Below are positions 47,156-57,177 of a stretch of DNA of 64,000 nucleotides, piece after piece. Position 1 is the stretch's first letter, and every line of letters begins with the position of its first letter. The DNA lies in contig JAEUTG010000005.1 of NCBI GenBank assembly GCA_016788045.1, positions 4,309-68,308 on the forward strand. The letters are read 5' to 3'. Origin of the DNA: Bacteroidales bacterium (GTDB lineage Bacteria; Bacteroidota; Bacteroidia; Bacteroidales; Lentimicrobiaceae). A program made the position numbers and the translations under genes. The notes below the pieces were generated by a model that ran no database searches, was not told the DNA's origin, and was given only the letters and a program-made list of their open reading frames with translations.

Positions 47156-48889
47156 TTAGTCAATCCTGATTTCCTGCATGTGCAGAAGAAAATCCCCGGA
47201 AAGTTCTGTGCCCGCTTTCGCCCGGAATGCAATGGATCCGGGGTCTTTCAGCGGGAATGCCGTGATGTTGAGGATGCAGCTCAGTCCGTCGTCTGAAAGG
47301 CTTGCCAGTCCGGGGGTTTCAATTCCCTTCAGGATGAGTATTGCTTCGGTGAGGGGGACTTTGTGGCCTGTAGTGATGTGCTCAGCCGAAATCCGGTATT
47401 GCCCCGGCAGGCTGATTACCGCAGAGAGGTCAGCGGTAAAAAGTCCGGCTGAGGTCTTATTTTCAGCCTGAACAGGAAGGAGAGTGTCGAGGGCGGCAGC
47501 ACTTCGCTGGCCCCGGATCCACAGGTTGCCCATGTCGTCGCGGATAGGATCGGCCGCATTGCGCATGTTGGGGTCGCCCACATAAAAAACCGCCAGTTTG
47601 CTGATTACTGCCGGGAGTGCACTTTCTGTCACCCTCAGCCTGATTTCCCTGACTTTCACCGGACTGAACTGTTCAATCCGGTGCTGTCCCACGCTGAGTC
47701 CTGAGGCGATTACAAACCAATCATTCCCGTTTCGCCCTTCGGCTACGTACCGGTGGATGCGCTGCCCGAATGAAAGGTCTTCGCGGATGACCAGGTGATC
47801 GATCAGGATCTCCCTGCCTGGGTCAAGGTGAAGGTTGTTGCCCTTGCCGGAAGTCTCAGCCAGGCTTTGTCCGAACCTTCTGCTGATCTCATCGCCGAAA
47901 GCCTTATAGAGGGCAACATCTTCGGCCGGGATCAGTCCGCTGGTGTCGGGTGAAGCATTCAGCAGCAACTGGGCACCGCGCCCCACCGATTTGTAATAAA
48001 TGGTCATCAGTTCATCCAGCGACCGTAGGTTTCTGTGGTTTTCGGGACTCCAGAACCAGTTGTGGTTTTTGAGCGGGACATCCACTTCCACCGGCATCCA
48101 GCAGTCACCGAAGGGGTCACCATGGGCAGCCGTGGAGGTGCCGGTAGCTGCATCGCTGCAGCGGAGGGTATTCCACAAAGGATAAGGGGCATAACCACCC
48201 TCGTTGCCAACCCAGCGGATATCCGCAAAAGGGCCCTGAAAAACGATGGCATCGGGTGCATGGCTCCGGATGATGTCTTCCAGGGGAACCACTACGCTTC
48301 CGTCGAACCAGATCTCAGTTACATCCGGAACCCTCGTAAGTACTTCGGTCCATTGCCTGCGCAACACCTGGTTGTAAGCCTCCTGCTTCGCGGGGTCACG
48401 CGTGCGGCCACCCCCACCGAGGTAAGCACCCCACGATTCATCGCCCGGATAGATGTAGATGCCCAGCTTCATCCCGCGGTCCCTGCAGGCGGCAGCCAGA
48501 TCGGACAGCACATCGCCTTGCCCGTTCCTGTAGGAAGTGTTTTTAATGCTGTAGTCGGTGGTTTCTGTCTGCCACCAGCAAAAACCACCAGCATGTTTGG
48601 CCACGAAAACAATGATGCGGGCGCCCCAGGATTCAGCTACATCGATCCATTGGTTTACGTCGAGTTTCGAAGGGTTGATTTTTTCCAGCGGGGTGCTGTG
48701 ATTGTCGTACTCGGTTCCCTGCCAGGCAGCGGGATCGAAATGAACAAACATGGCCCGTTCTGTCTCCTGCCACATCCGTTGTGCCGGTGTTGGCAAAGGC
48801 AGGTGTCCGGCACCCCCCGGATGTTGTGCATTGATGAAGGATAATGAGGCTGAAAGCAGCAGGATGAGCAGAATGATTTTACGTTTCAC
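47156..48889 (-). CDS. GH29-family alpha-L-fucosidase with a C-terminal carbohydrate-binding-type domain
   Basis: AKHAGGFCWWQT, GMKLGIYIYP and EIWFDG blocks, plus a signal peptide. Confidence 0.85.
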   Translation of the reverse strand: MKRKIILLILLLSASLSFINAQHPGGAGHLPLPTPAQRMWQETERAMFVHFDPAAWQGTEYDNHSTPLEKINPSKLDVNQWIDVAESWGARIIVFVAKHAGGFCWWQTETTDYSIKNTSYRNGQGDVLSDLAAACRDRGMKLGIYIYPGDESWGAYLGGGGRTRDPAKQEAYNQVLRRQWTEVLTRVPDVTEIWFDGSVVVPLEDIIRSHAPDAIVFQGPFADIRWVGNEGGYAPYPLWNTLRCSDAATGTSTAAHGDPFGDCWMPVEVDVPLKNHNWFWSPENHRNLRSLDELMTIYYKSVGRGAQLLLNASPDTSGLIPAEDVALYKAFGDEISRRFGQSLAETSGKGNNLHLDPGREILIDHLVIREDLSFGQRIHRYVAEGRNGNDWFVIASGLSVGQHRIEQFSPVKVREIRLRVTESALPAVISKLAVFYVGDPNMRNAADPIRDDMGNLWIRGQRSAAALDTLLPVQAENKTSAGLFTADLSAVISLPGQYRISAEHITTGHKVPLTEAILILKGIETPGLASLSDDGLSCILNITAFPLKDPGSIAFRAKAGTELSGDFLLHMQEIRID

Positions 48890-49004
48890 GGCTGTTTGAA
48901 TTACCGCCTAAATGTAAAAAGTATTTGGCTTTCACCAGCTGCCGGAGAATTGCTGTGCTGATAAATCAGGCGGATTTAATTCCGTTTGAAAGAATCGGGT
49001 AAGT

Positions 49005-49790
49005 TTATTCTTTCGCTTTGGCTTCATTCCAGAGCGCATCCAGTTCCTTCAGGCTCATGTCGTGCATCGACCGGTCGGTTTCATTCACGCGCTGTTCGAT
49101 GTAGTTAAAGCGGCGGATGAACTTTTTATTGGTGCGTTCCAGGGCATCTTCGGGGTTTATGTCAATAAACCGGGCATAATTGATGAGTGCGAAGAGCAGG
49201 TCGCCGAACTCATCCTCAATTTTATCGGGTGAACCATTCAGTTTTTCTACCTGAAGTTCTGCCAGCTCCTCCTGAACCTTGTCCCAAACCTGATGAGCAT
49301 TGTCCCAGTCAAAGCCGACACCCCGTGCTTTCTCCTGTATTCTGTAGGCCTTCACCATTGCCGGTAATGATCCGGGCACCCCTCCCAGCACAGTTTTGCG
49401 CTCCTGCCCTTTGGCCCCTTTCTCAGTCAGCTTGATCTTCTCCCAGTTGTTTTTTACCGTTTCTGCATCGTTGGCAGTTACATCACCGTAGATGTGCGGA
49501 TGTCGGTGAATCAGCTTGTCGCAGATACCGTTGAGCACATCGGTGATGTTAAAAGCCTGTTGTTCTGAGGCTATTTTTGAGTAAAATACCAGGTGCAGCA
49601 TCAGGTCGCCGAGCTCTTTCTTAATCTCCGCCATGTCCTTTTCGAGAATGGCATCGCTCAGTTCGTAGGTCTCTTCAATGGTAAGGTAACGCAGGCTCTC
49701 GAGGGTCTGTTTCCTGTCCCAGGGGCAACCGGCCCTGAGTTCATCCATAATGTTGAGCAGTCGTTCGAAAGCCTTTAAGCGTGGGTCCAT
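49005..49790 (-). CDS. mazG: Nucleoside triphosphate pyrophosphohydrolase MazG
   Basis: Tandem MazG repeats (CPWDRKQT..EETYEL and EELAEL..EFGDLLF). Confidence 0.9.
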   Translation of the reverse strand: MDPRLKAFERLLNIMDELRAGCPWDRKQTLESLRYLTIEETYELSDAILEKDMAEIKKELGDLMLHLVFYSKIASEQQAFNITDVLNGICDKLIHRHPHIYGDVTANDAETVKNNWEKIKLTEKGAKGQERKTVLGGVPGSLPAMVKAYRIQEKARGVGFDWDNAHQVWDKVQEELAELQVEKLNGSPDKIEDEFGDLLFALINYARFIDINPEDALERTNKKFIRRFNYIEQRVNETDRSMHDMSLKELDALWNEAKAKE

Positions 49791-49974
49791 GGTTAATTCG
49801 TATTGAAACCGGTGTTAAAAAATGGTGTATTATCCTGACAAACAATGATATGTAATTCAGGTGAATGGTACCTGGAAGCAACCGTTGTGTTCTTGCCGGG
49901 GCATTGCAAAAGTAATCAATAAGCCGGAAAGGATTTTGTATTTTTGTTAACCTCCTCAACCTCGAAAACCTGTC

Positions 49975-51141
49975 TTGAGAAAACCGGAACGCCACCGATG
50001 GTTCAGCCCCGGCAGCTGCCATGTTATTTTGCTCCTGTGGATACTTCAGGCCTTACCGGCTCTTGCTCAGCACCGGTTTCAGGCGTCAAACCTGTTGTTT
50101 GAGCCCAGGGCAAATTATGGGTTTCTCATTGCACACCATGTGGAGATGGAAATCTACAACAGTCATTTCCCTTCTTTCGAATTCTCGGTTTCACAGGCTA
50201 CTTACGGCCGGCAGCGATGGGAAGCCTTCTACAACTATCCGGTAACCGGAATTACCTATTGGAATGCCTGGCTCGGAAATTCAAAGGACCTGGGGCAGGC
50301 TCATGCCGTGTTTCCAACCATCAGTTTTCCCTGGGTGAAATCCGACAGAAATGAGCTGAACTTCAGGGTGGGGGCGGGACTGGCCTACCTCACCCGGAAA
50401 TTCGACCGGATCGGGAATTACAAATACACCGCCATCGGATCGCACCTGAATGCAGCCATTAACCTGATGGTTGAGTACCGGTGGAAACCCGTGAACTACC
50501 TTCAGGTATCGGCCGGACTACAGTTGATGCACTTTTCAAACGGATCAACAAAAACCCCGAATTATGGGCTCAACATACCAGCCCTGAGCGGTGGAGTCGC
50601 TTTCAGGCTGAATAAGGAGAACAAATACATCCGGCGCAGGGCGCGGCCCGATCTGCGTATGTTTGAGTTTGACGGCAAGGAAACCATCGAGATGAAAATC
50701 GCAACCACCTTCGCAGTCAAAGAAATCGGTGACGCTGACGGTGAACGTTATCCGGTATATGCGGCCTCTGTCAGTGCCCTGAAGAACCTTGGATACAAAA
50801 ACAAGCTCGGTCTTTGTTTTGATGCTTCCTGGGATGGCTCCGATGCCCTGCTGGTCGCCAGAACCGAAAGCGAACCCTATCCCGCGCACAAACTTACCAA
50901 ACCCGGCATCAGTGCAGCCTATGAAATGGTGCTTTCACGCCTCTCATTCGCCTTTAATTTCGGATTTTACCTTGGCGGAAAAGATAAAAGCGAAGGGATG
51001 ACTTATTACAAAGCAGGAATCAATTACCTCATCACCAAAAATCTGACCACAAACCTCACACTCAAAACCCATTTTGCCAGGGCCGATTTTGTCGGCATCG
51101 GACTTGGTTACAGGTTTAAGTGGGGGTATTATCTGAAATAG
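49975..51141 (+). CDS. Acyloxyacyl hydrolase / PagL-like outer-membrane protein
   Basis: Signal-like N-terminus and the HFSNGSTKTPNYGLN motif recalled from the lipid A deacylase-like family. TTG start as given by the ORF track. Confidence 0.5.
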   Translation: MRKPERHRWFSPGSCHVILLLWILQALPALAQHRFQASNLLFEPRANYGFLIAHHVEMEIYNSHFPSFEFSVSQATYGRQRWEAFYNYPVTGITYWNAWLGNSKDLGQAHAVFPTISFPWVKSDRNELNFRVGAGLAYLTRKFDRIGNYKYTAIGSHLNAAINLMVEYRWKPVNYLQVSAGLQLMHFSNGSTKTPNYGLNIPALSGGVAFRLNKENKYIRRRARPDLRMFEFDGKETIEMKIATTFAVKEIGDADGERYPVYAASVSALKNLGYKNKLGLCFDASWDGSDALLVARTESEPYPAHKLTKPGISAAYEMVLSRLSFAFNFGFYLGGKDKSEGMTYYKAGINYLITKNLTTNLTLKTHFARADFVGIGLGYRFKWGYYLK

Positions 51142-51167
51142 ATCGGATACGAACCAGCACATTTCGG

Positions 51168-52004
51168 ATGGATAAAATACAGCAAGTGAAAAACAGACAA
51201 CAGCAACCTAAGCTCAAACAGCTGCCCCGGCACTCATATGCTGTGGGAGCGATTTTCTGCAGTTTTCGGAAGGTTCTGGTAGTTGCTGTGATGTTTTGTG
51301 CTGTTTCTTTCATTGGCTGCAACAGTGAACAGCTCGACGACTGCTACACCAATACCGGCCCCGAAACGGTGGAAGTCCGTCAGGTAGAAGATTTTCAGCG
51401 CATAGAACTGTATAACAACGTTAACCTGGTACTGGTGCCCGGAAATCAGACCTCCGTTGAGGTTAAATGTGGTAAAAACCTGCTTGATGCGATAGAAACC
51501 GAGGTAAATAACGGGATACTTACGGTACGGAATACCATGAAGTGCAACTGGGTGCGCAATTACGACCGCGAAATAACCGTTACAGCCACGGTGCCACAAT
51601 TGGTCGAATTGCGGTACGAAGGTTCAGGCGATGTAACAACTGCGGGACAGCTCCGGCTCGATTCGCTGCAGCTGAGCATCTGGGGCGGCGCAGGTTCGTT
51701 TACCCTCGATGTGGATGTGCCGGTTCTCCGTCTGGCTGAACACTACGGCACTGCAGACATCACGGTAAAAGGGAAAGCCCTGATAACGACGATTTTTGCC
51801 AACAGTTTCGGGCCGTTCTATTGCAGTGATTTGATCAGCAACATTGTATATATCCGGAACAATGGAAGCAATCACTGTTACGTTCATGCCTTGCATGTGC
51901 TTGAAGCCGAGATTACTTCGGCCGGCGACATTTATTTCTCGGGTGATCCTTACGATGTGAAAAGTAAAATTACCGGGTCAGGGCGCCTTATTAAGATCGA
52001 TTAA
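51168..52004 (+). CDS. DUF2807-type (head-domain GIN-like) lipoprotein
   Basis: SFIGC lipobox and repetitive beta-solenoid-like GSGD/GAGS strands. The start is taken at ATG 51168. Confidence 0.65.
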   Translation: MDKIQQVKNRQQQPKLKQLPRHSYAVGAIFCSFRKVLVVAVMFCAVSFIGCNSEQLDDCYTNTGPETVEVRQVEDFQRIELYNNVNLVLVPGNQTSVEVKCGKNLLDAIETEVNNGILTVRNTMKCNWVRNYDREITVTATVPQLVELRYEGSGDVTTAGQLRLDSLQLSIWGGAGSFTLDVDVPVLRLAEHYGTADITVKGKALITTIFANSFGPFYCSDLISNIVYIRNNGSNHCYVHALHVLEAEITSAGDIYFSGDPYDVKSKITGSGRLIKID

Positions 52005-52090
52005 CCTGGTTTTGTGCTGAACCGGGGCCCGGCATGGCAAAAAAGCAGTTCTCTTAACTGTGAGGGTTGGGGTCAGACCTTACTGCACAG

Positions 52091-52123
52091 CAAAAAATAG
52101 TGACACCAGGTATGTGTCACTAT
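52091..52123 (-). terminator. Terminator hairpin after proS, between convergent genes
   Basis: Perfect 10-bp stem ATAGTGACAC/GTGTCACTAT with a 7-nt loop. The minus strand continues TTTTTTGC. Confidence 0.7.
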
Positions 52124-52154
52124 GTTACTAAATAACCAGAGAGTAGCGAACCGC

Positions 52155-53630
52155 TTAGTATGCCCTGGCAAAAACCACCCTGCGTGATGAAGGTTTACCG
52201 GTGAGAATACATTGGCCTTCTTCAGGCTGGCTATCAAATGGAATAAGCCGTATTGTGGCTTTGGTCTTTTCTTTGATTTCCTGTTCGGTTTCAGGGGTGC
52301 CATCCCAATGGGCAAGAATAAAACCGCCCTTGTTGTCGAGCAGATCGGTGAATTCTTCCCAGGTGTCAGCCTTGGTAGTCATGCGTTCACGAAAGTCGAG
52401 GGCTTTCTGGTAGAGATTTTCCTGTATGCTCTGAAGCAGGTGCTCTATCTTGTTTTCGATATCTGCCAGCTGATAGGTGGCTTTCTCCAGGGTGTCGCGG
52501 CGCGAAACCTCCACCGTGCCGTTCTCAAGGTCGCGGGGGCCGATGGCCAGACGTACCGGTACTCCTTTGAACTCGTATTCGTTGAATTTCCAGCCCGGTT
52601 TGTAGGTGTCGCGGTTGTCGTATTTCACCGATATACCTTTGGCTTTCAGGTTACTGACAATTTCATTCACCTTTTCGTTGATGGCTGTCAACTGATCATC
52701 GGTTCTGTAAATCGGTATGATGACTACCTGAGTCGGAGCTAGTTTCGGAGGGATCACCAGCCCGTTGTCGTCGGAATGGGCCATGATAAGAGCCCCCATC
52801 AGGCGGGTGGAAACACCCCAGGAGGTGGCCCAAACGTATTCCAGTTTGTTTTCCTTACTCAGGAACTGAACCTCAAAAGCTTTGGCAAAATTCTGCCCCA
52901 GAAAATGGGATGTACCAGCCTGCAGGGCTTTTCCATCCTGCATCAGGGCTTCAATACAATAGGTCTCTACAGCACCGGCAAAGCGTTCGTTGGGCGATTT
53001 AACGCCTTTCAGCACGGGAACAGCCATATAGTTCTCGGCAAAATCGGCATATACCCCCAGCATGCGTTCGGTTTCTTCAATGGCCTCTTCTGCAGTAGCA
53101 TGAGCGGTATGGCCTTCCTGCCAGAGAAATTCGGCAGTACGCAGAAACAGCCTTGTACGCATCTCCCAGCGTACCACATTGGCCCACTGATTGATCAGCA
53201 GCGGCAGGTCGCGGTAAGACTGAATCCAGTTGCGGTAGGTGTCCCAGATGATGGTTTCTGAGGTGGGGCGTACGATCAGTTCTTCTTCGAGTTTCGCGGT
53301 TTCATCAACAACCACCCCCTTGCCATCCGGATCGTTTTTCAGGCGGTAATGGGTAACCACAGCGCACTCTTTGGCAAATCCTTCCACATGACTTGCTTCC
53401 TTGCTGAAAAATGACTTCGGGATAAAAATCGGGAAATAGGCGTTCACATGCCCGGTATCCTTGAACATCTTGTCGAGGGCTGCCTGCATTTTTTCCCAGA
53501 TGGCATAGCCCGAGGGTTTAATTACCATGCATCCCCTGACGGCTGAATTCTCAGCCAGATCAGCTTTTATCACCAGATCGTTGTACCATTGAGCGTAATT
53601 CTCAGCCCTTGTAGGAAAATCTTTAGCCAT
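52155..53630 (-). CDS. proS: Proline--tRNA ligase (archaeal/eukaryotic-type)
   Basis: Full-length pattern ([23 protein letters not shown], class II motifs, C-terminal zinc-binding-type domain). Confidence 0.95.
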   Translation of the reverse strand: MAKDFPTRAENYAQWYNDLVIKADLAENSAVRGCMVIKPSGYAIWEKMQAALDKMFKDTGHVNAYFPIFIPKSFFSKEASHVEGFAKECAVVTHYRLKNDPDGKGVVVDETAKLEEELIVRPTSETIIWDTYRNWIQSYRDLPLLINQWANVVRWEMRTRLFLRTAEFLWQEGHTAHATAEEAIEETERMLGVYADFAENYMAVPVLKGVKSPNERFAGAVETYCIEALMQDGKALQAGTSHFLGQNFAKAFEVQFLSKENKLEYVWATSWGVSTRLMGALIMAHSDDNGLVIPPKLAPTQVVIIPIYRTDDQLTAINEKVNEIVSNLKAKGISVKYDNRDTYKPGWKFNEYEFKGVPVRLAIGPRDLENGTVEVSRRDTLEKATYQLADIENKIEHLLQSIQENLYQKALDFRERMTTKADTWEEFTDLLDNKGGFILAHWDGTPETEQEIKEKTKATIRLIPFDSQPEEGQCILTGKPSSRRVVFARAY

Positions 53631-53785
53631 TGTTTGTTTGTGGTATAGTATTTGTTAATTTTCGGGTACGAAATAAAAATCAGCATCCCGCGAAAGCGGC
53701 ACAAAATTAATAAAATAAACGCAGTGGTAAACATCAGACCTTCAAGCACGCTGAGGAACACTGCAAACCAAGGGAGGACCTGAAA

Positions 53786-55615
53786 ATGAAAACTTTGCTG
53801 TATCTGATTGCTGCCTCGGCCTTATTCCTGTCGGCCTGTACTACCCAGTACCAGGCCCGGAGTGCTTACGATGATGTTTATTATTCGCCGAAAGATGCGC
53901 CGGCAGTTCCCGAGGCTAAAGCCATTCAGGCAGAAGAATCACAGGTGACCCCTGACCCCGGATCCTATACCCAGGCACCTATTCAGGATGAACAGTACAG
54001 CCAGAACCAGCAGGGCCAGAACTACGATCAGCAGTATTATACCGACGAAAACGGCAACACCTATGCCGCTGATCAGTACACCGATCCGGCTACAGGAAAT
54101 ACCTATATAACCAACAACTACTACGATCCGGATGATTATTACGATTACGCCTACTCTTCACGGCTGCGCCGCTTCCATTCGGATGTATACTACAGCAGTT
54201 ATTACTCGCCCTACTATACCAACCTCTACTGGTATGATTACAACCCCTGGAGCTGGGGCACCAGCATCTATCTTGGATACAACTGGTGGTATCCCAGCTA
54301 CTCAGGATTCTATTCCGGCTGGGGATATCCTTATTACAACTGGGGCTATTCCTATTGGGATTATCCTTATTACAGTTATGGATGGGGTTCCCCCTACAGC
54401 TACTGGAGCGGATATAACCATGGTTATTACAATGGATACTGGAGTGGCTACTGGAATGGTTATTATGACGGATCAGGCAATTATTACAACAGCTACGACA
54501 ACAATTCCTATTATTACGGACACCGTGGGTCTGACCTGAACGGCGGAAGTGGTAGCGGAAGAAACGGCAGCGGACGTTCCTCAACCTTTGGCGAACGTTA
54601 CGAACAAGCCATCAGCAGCGGACGTATTCAGGATCACCGCTCCGGTGCTCGTGGTGTTGAAACCGGCGGCCGCCCCGGCAGTGGACGGGAAGCACAAACA
54701 GGCACCAATACCCGTGAAACACAGACCGGTACCAATTCCCGTGAGGTCAGGCCGGCAAACAATACACGCGAATCACAAACCGGTACCAACACCCGTGAAG
54801 CCCAGACCGGAGCCAATACCAATACCCGTGAGGCCAGGCCAGCAAACGATACCCGCGAGGCACAGGGGGGTGCCAACACCCGTGAAGTGCGGTCAGATGT
54901 AAACCCTTCTGCCACACAAACCCAGGGTCGTGAATACAGACCTGTTAACGAACAGAAGGAAACCAGCGGCTCAGGGCGCACCACTCAGGGGAATAATGAT
55001 CCTGCCGGATACACAAGCCCGGGCAAACTGAATCAGGAACCCGGAACTGCAGGAAGAGAGTCCCGCCCGGTTTCTCCCGCAACAAGAAATTCAACCCCGG
55101 GCAGGGAAGTCTATACCCGTCCGCAGGGTCAGCAACCCCAGCGCCAGACGACCAGCCCCCAGCCAAAACGGGAGCCCCAGTCGTACTCTTCACCGAACTA
55201 CAGCAAACCCAAGCCGAGCAACGAATATACCAGCCCGCGCTACCGCAATATCCGCGAAAGTGATGCCAACCAGCAACGCCAGAACACACAACCGGCACAA
55301 CGTGAATCGAACCAGCAGGCGGTACCACAGCGGCAATACAACAATCCTCAGAATGAAAGACCACGGCAGCAGGCAATTCCGCAGCAAACGCAGCCCCAGC
55401 GCTACAGTGCTCCCTCAACACCGTCACGCTCTTCATCAGGTGGCAGTTACTCGGCACCCTCGCGCTCATCCTCGGGCAGCAGTTATTCAGCTCCGTCGCG
55501 TTCGTCCTCTTCATCCGGAGGAAGCTATTCGGCCCCGTCACGTTCTTCATCATCCTCCGGAGGCAGCTCCTCCTCCGGAAGCAGCCGCTCATCCTCAGGC
55601 AGCGGTCGCCGCTAA
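53786..55615 (+). CDS. Low-complexity lipoprotein (Y/W/G/N-rich region, then R/Q/T/P-rich and Ser-rich tandem repeats)
   Basis: LFLSAC lipobox. The YYNWGYSYWDYPYY-type segment is followed by TGTNTRE-type decapeptide repeats (nt ~54690-54895) and SGGSYSAPSRSSS repeats (nt ~55430-55610). Confidence 0.75.
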   Translation: MKTLLYLIAASALFLSACTTQYQARSAYDDVYYSPKDAPAVPEAKAIQAEESQVTPDPGSYTQAPIQDEQYSQNQQGQNYDQQYYTDENGNTYAADQYTDPATGNTYITNNYYDPDDYYDYAYSSRLRRFHSDVYYSSYYSPYYTNLYWYDYNPWSWGTSIYLGYNWWYPSYSGFYSGWGYPYYNWGYSYWDYPYYSYGWGSPYSYWSGYNHGYYNGYWSGYWNGYYDGSGNYYNSYDNNSYYYGHRGSDLNGGSGSGRNGSGRSSTFGERYEQAISSGRIQDHRSGARGVETGGRPGSGREAQTGTNTRETQTGTNSREVRPANNTRESQTGTNTREAQTGANTNTREARPANDTREAQGGANTREVRSDVNPSATQTQGREYRPVNEQKETSGSGRTTQGNNDPAGYTSPGKLNQEPGTAGRESRPVSPATRNSTPGREVYTRPQGQQPQRQTTSPQPKREPQSYSSPNYSKPKPSNEYTSPRYRNIRESDANQQRQNTQPAQRESNQQAVPQRQYNNPQNERPRQQAIPQQTQPQRYSAPSTPSRSSSGGSYSAPSRSSSGSSYSAPSRSSSSSGGSYSAPSRSSSSSGGSSSSGSSRSSSGSGRR

Positions 55616-55652
55616 AATCCAGGATCTGTAATTTTCAAAACTCACTGATACC

Positions 55653-57107
55653 ATGAAAAAGCTATTTCTGACAACACTAATCTCAGCTGTTTTCACTTCA
55701 GTAACCTTTGCCCAGAGCGATGCTGATGCCCTGCGATATTCCAGGCTCAATTACTCCGGAACCGCACGATTTGTTGCTACCGGTGGCGCCTTTGGTGCCC
55801 TGGGCGCTGATTTTACAACCCTTAGCCACAATCCTGCCGGAATCGGCCTGTTCAAGAATTCTGAAATCAGCATAACCCCCTCCCTTGCCATCGCAAACTC
55901 CGAAGCTACCTTCAACAATAAATTCCGCGACGACTCACGGTATTCATTCAATATTGCCAGTGTGGGAATCGTGATGGTCACCAAACCGGAAACGCATAAC
56001 TCCCAATCCATGTGGAAGGGTGTTCAGTTCGGGTTCGGAGTAAACAGGCTGGCCAACTTCAACAACCGCATGATGATTGAAGGTAACAACAACACTTCTT
56101 CATATCTCACAGCCTACCAGGACCGGGCCTATGGAATAGCCCCCGAAAATCTCGAAGCTTACGGAACCGGGCTGGCCTATGATGCTGACCTGCTTTTTCT
56201 GCGCGATGCCGCTGACTCTGCAAGCTGGAACTACCAGATTGACCTTCCGCAGGGAGGGGTTAACCAACGCAAAAGCATTGAAACCAAAGGCGCAATCAAC
56301 GAAATGGTCTTTTCACTCGGAGCAAACTATGGCGACCGGCTATATATGGGAGCTACCATCGGCGTTCCCTACATCCGCTACAGCGAAACTTCCGTTTATA
56401 CAGAAACCGATGTTGACGAAAACAGCGATTACTTCAAGTCTTTCAGCCGGACTGACAACCTGGAGACATCCGGAACCGGCGTCAACCTGAAATTCGGAAT
56501 CATCCTCAGGGCTACCGACTGGCTGAGGCTCGGCGGTGCCGTGCAGACCCCGACATTCTATGCCGGCATGGCCGATAGCTGGAACACTACTTTCAGGTCG
56601 AACTTCGACAATGGCCGTTCATTGACCGCCAATTCTCCCGAAGGATTTTACGAGTATGAACTGAATACCCCCTTCAGGGCACTCGGAAGTGTTGGTTTTA
56701 TTTTCGGCAAACTGGGCCTGATCAGTGCTGATTATGAATTTGTTGACTATTCCACAGCCAGACTGAGGGCTCCAGACTACGATTTTAACGACGAAAATGA
56801 AACCATCCGGACCTCCTACAATGCTGCCAACAACCTCAGGCTTGGAACTGAATGGCGCATGGGGACCATCAGTTTCAGGGCAGGATACACCCTCTCAGCC
56901 AACCCGTACAAATACGGCAGTGAGTCGGTAAACACCTCATATTCACTCGGACTTGGTCTTCGCGAGAAGAATTTCTTCCTCGATTTTGCCTGGGTACAGT
57001 CAGGCATGGACGAAGAATACTACCTCTATTCGGTTGATTATGTGGAGCCGGTAAGCACAAAGCTTAAAAATACCCTGTTCCTGATGACTGTCGGGGTTAA
57101 ATACTAG
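55653..57107 (+). CDS. Outer-membrane beta-barrel protein (FadL/TodX/PorV-like)
   Basis: Signal peptide, N-terminal DALRYS...GGAFGALGAD....NPAG motif, alternating beta-strand pattern, and a C-terminal aromatic residue. Confidence 0.6.
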   Translation: MKKLFLTTLISAVFTSVTFAQSDADALRYSRLNYSGTARFVATGGAFGALGADFTTLSHNPAGIGLFKNSEISITPSLAIANSEATFNNKFRDDSRYSFNIASVGIVMVTKPETHNSQSMWKGVQFGFGVNRLANFNNRMMIEGNNNTSSYLTAYQDRAYGIAPENLEAYGTGLAYDADLLFLRDAADSASWNYQIDLPQGGVNQRKSIETKGAINEMVFSLGANYGDRLYMGATIGVPYIRYSETSVYTETDVDENSDYFKSFSRTDNLETSGTGVNLKFGIILRATDWLRLGGAVQTPTFYAGMADSWNTTFRSNFDNGRSLTANSPEGFYEYELNTPFRALGSVGFIFGKLGLISADYEFVDYSTARLRAPDYDFNDENETIRTSYNAANNLRLGTEWRMGTISFRAGYTLSANPYKYGSESVNTSYSLGLGLREKNFFLDFAWVQSGMDEEYYLYSVDYVEPVSTKLKNTLFLMTVGVKY

Positions 57108-57177
57108 ACTGCTGAATCTCAATCTACTAACCTTTGTTGCATTTCAGGGCGGCCTTTGTGCCGCTTTCTTTTTTTGT

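Noticed and set aside
48035-48844. 269-aa plus-strand ORF
   Set aside because: It is antisense to the GH29 fucosidase gene, a GC-rich shadow frame.
54090-55631. Multiple alternative-frame and antisense ORFs (up to 215 aa), and periodic DNA repeats that could be mistaken for a CRISPR-like array
   Set aside because: All lie inside the low-complexity lipoprotein gene. The ~30-nt and ~39-45-nt periodicities are in-frame peptide repeats with no unique spacers between them and no cas genes nearby.
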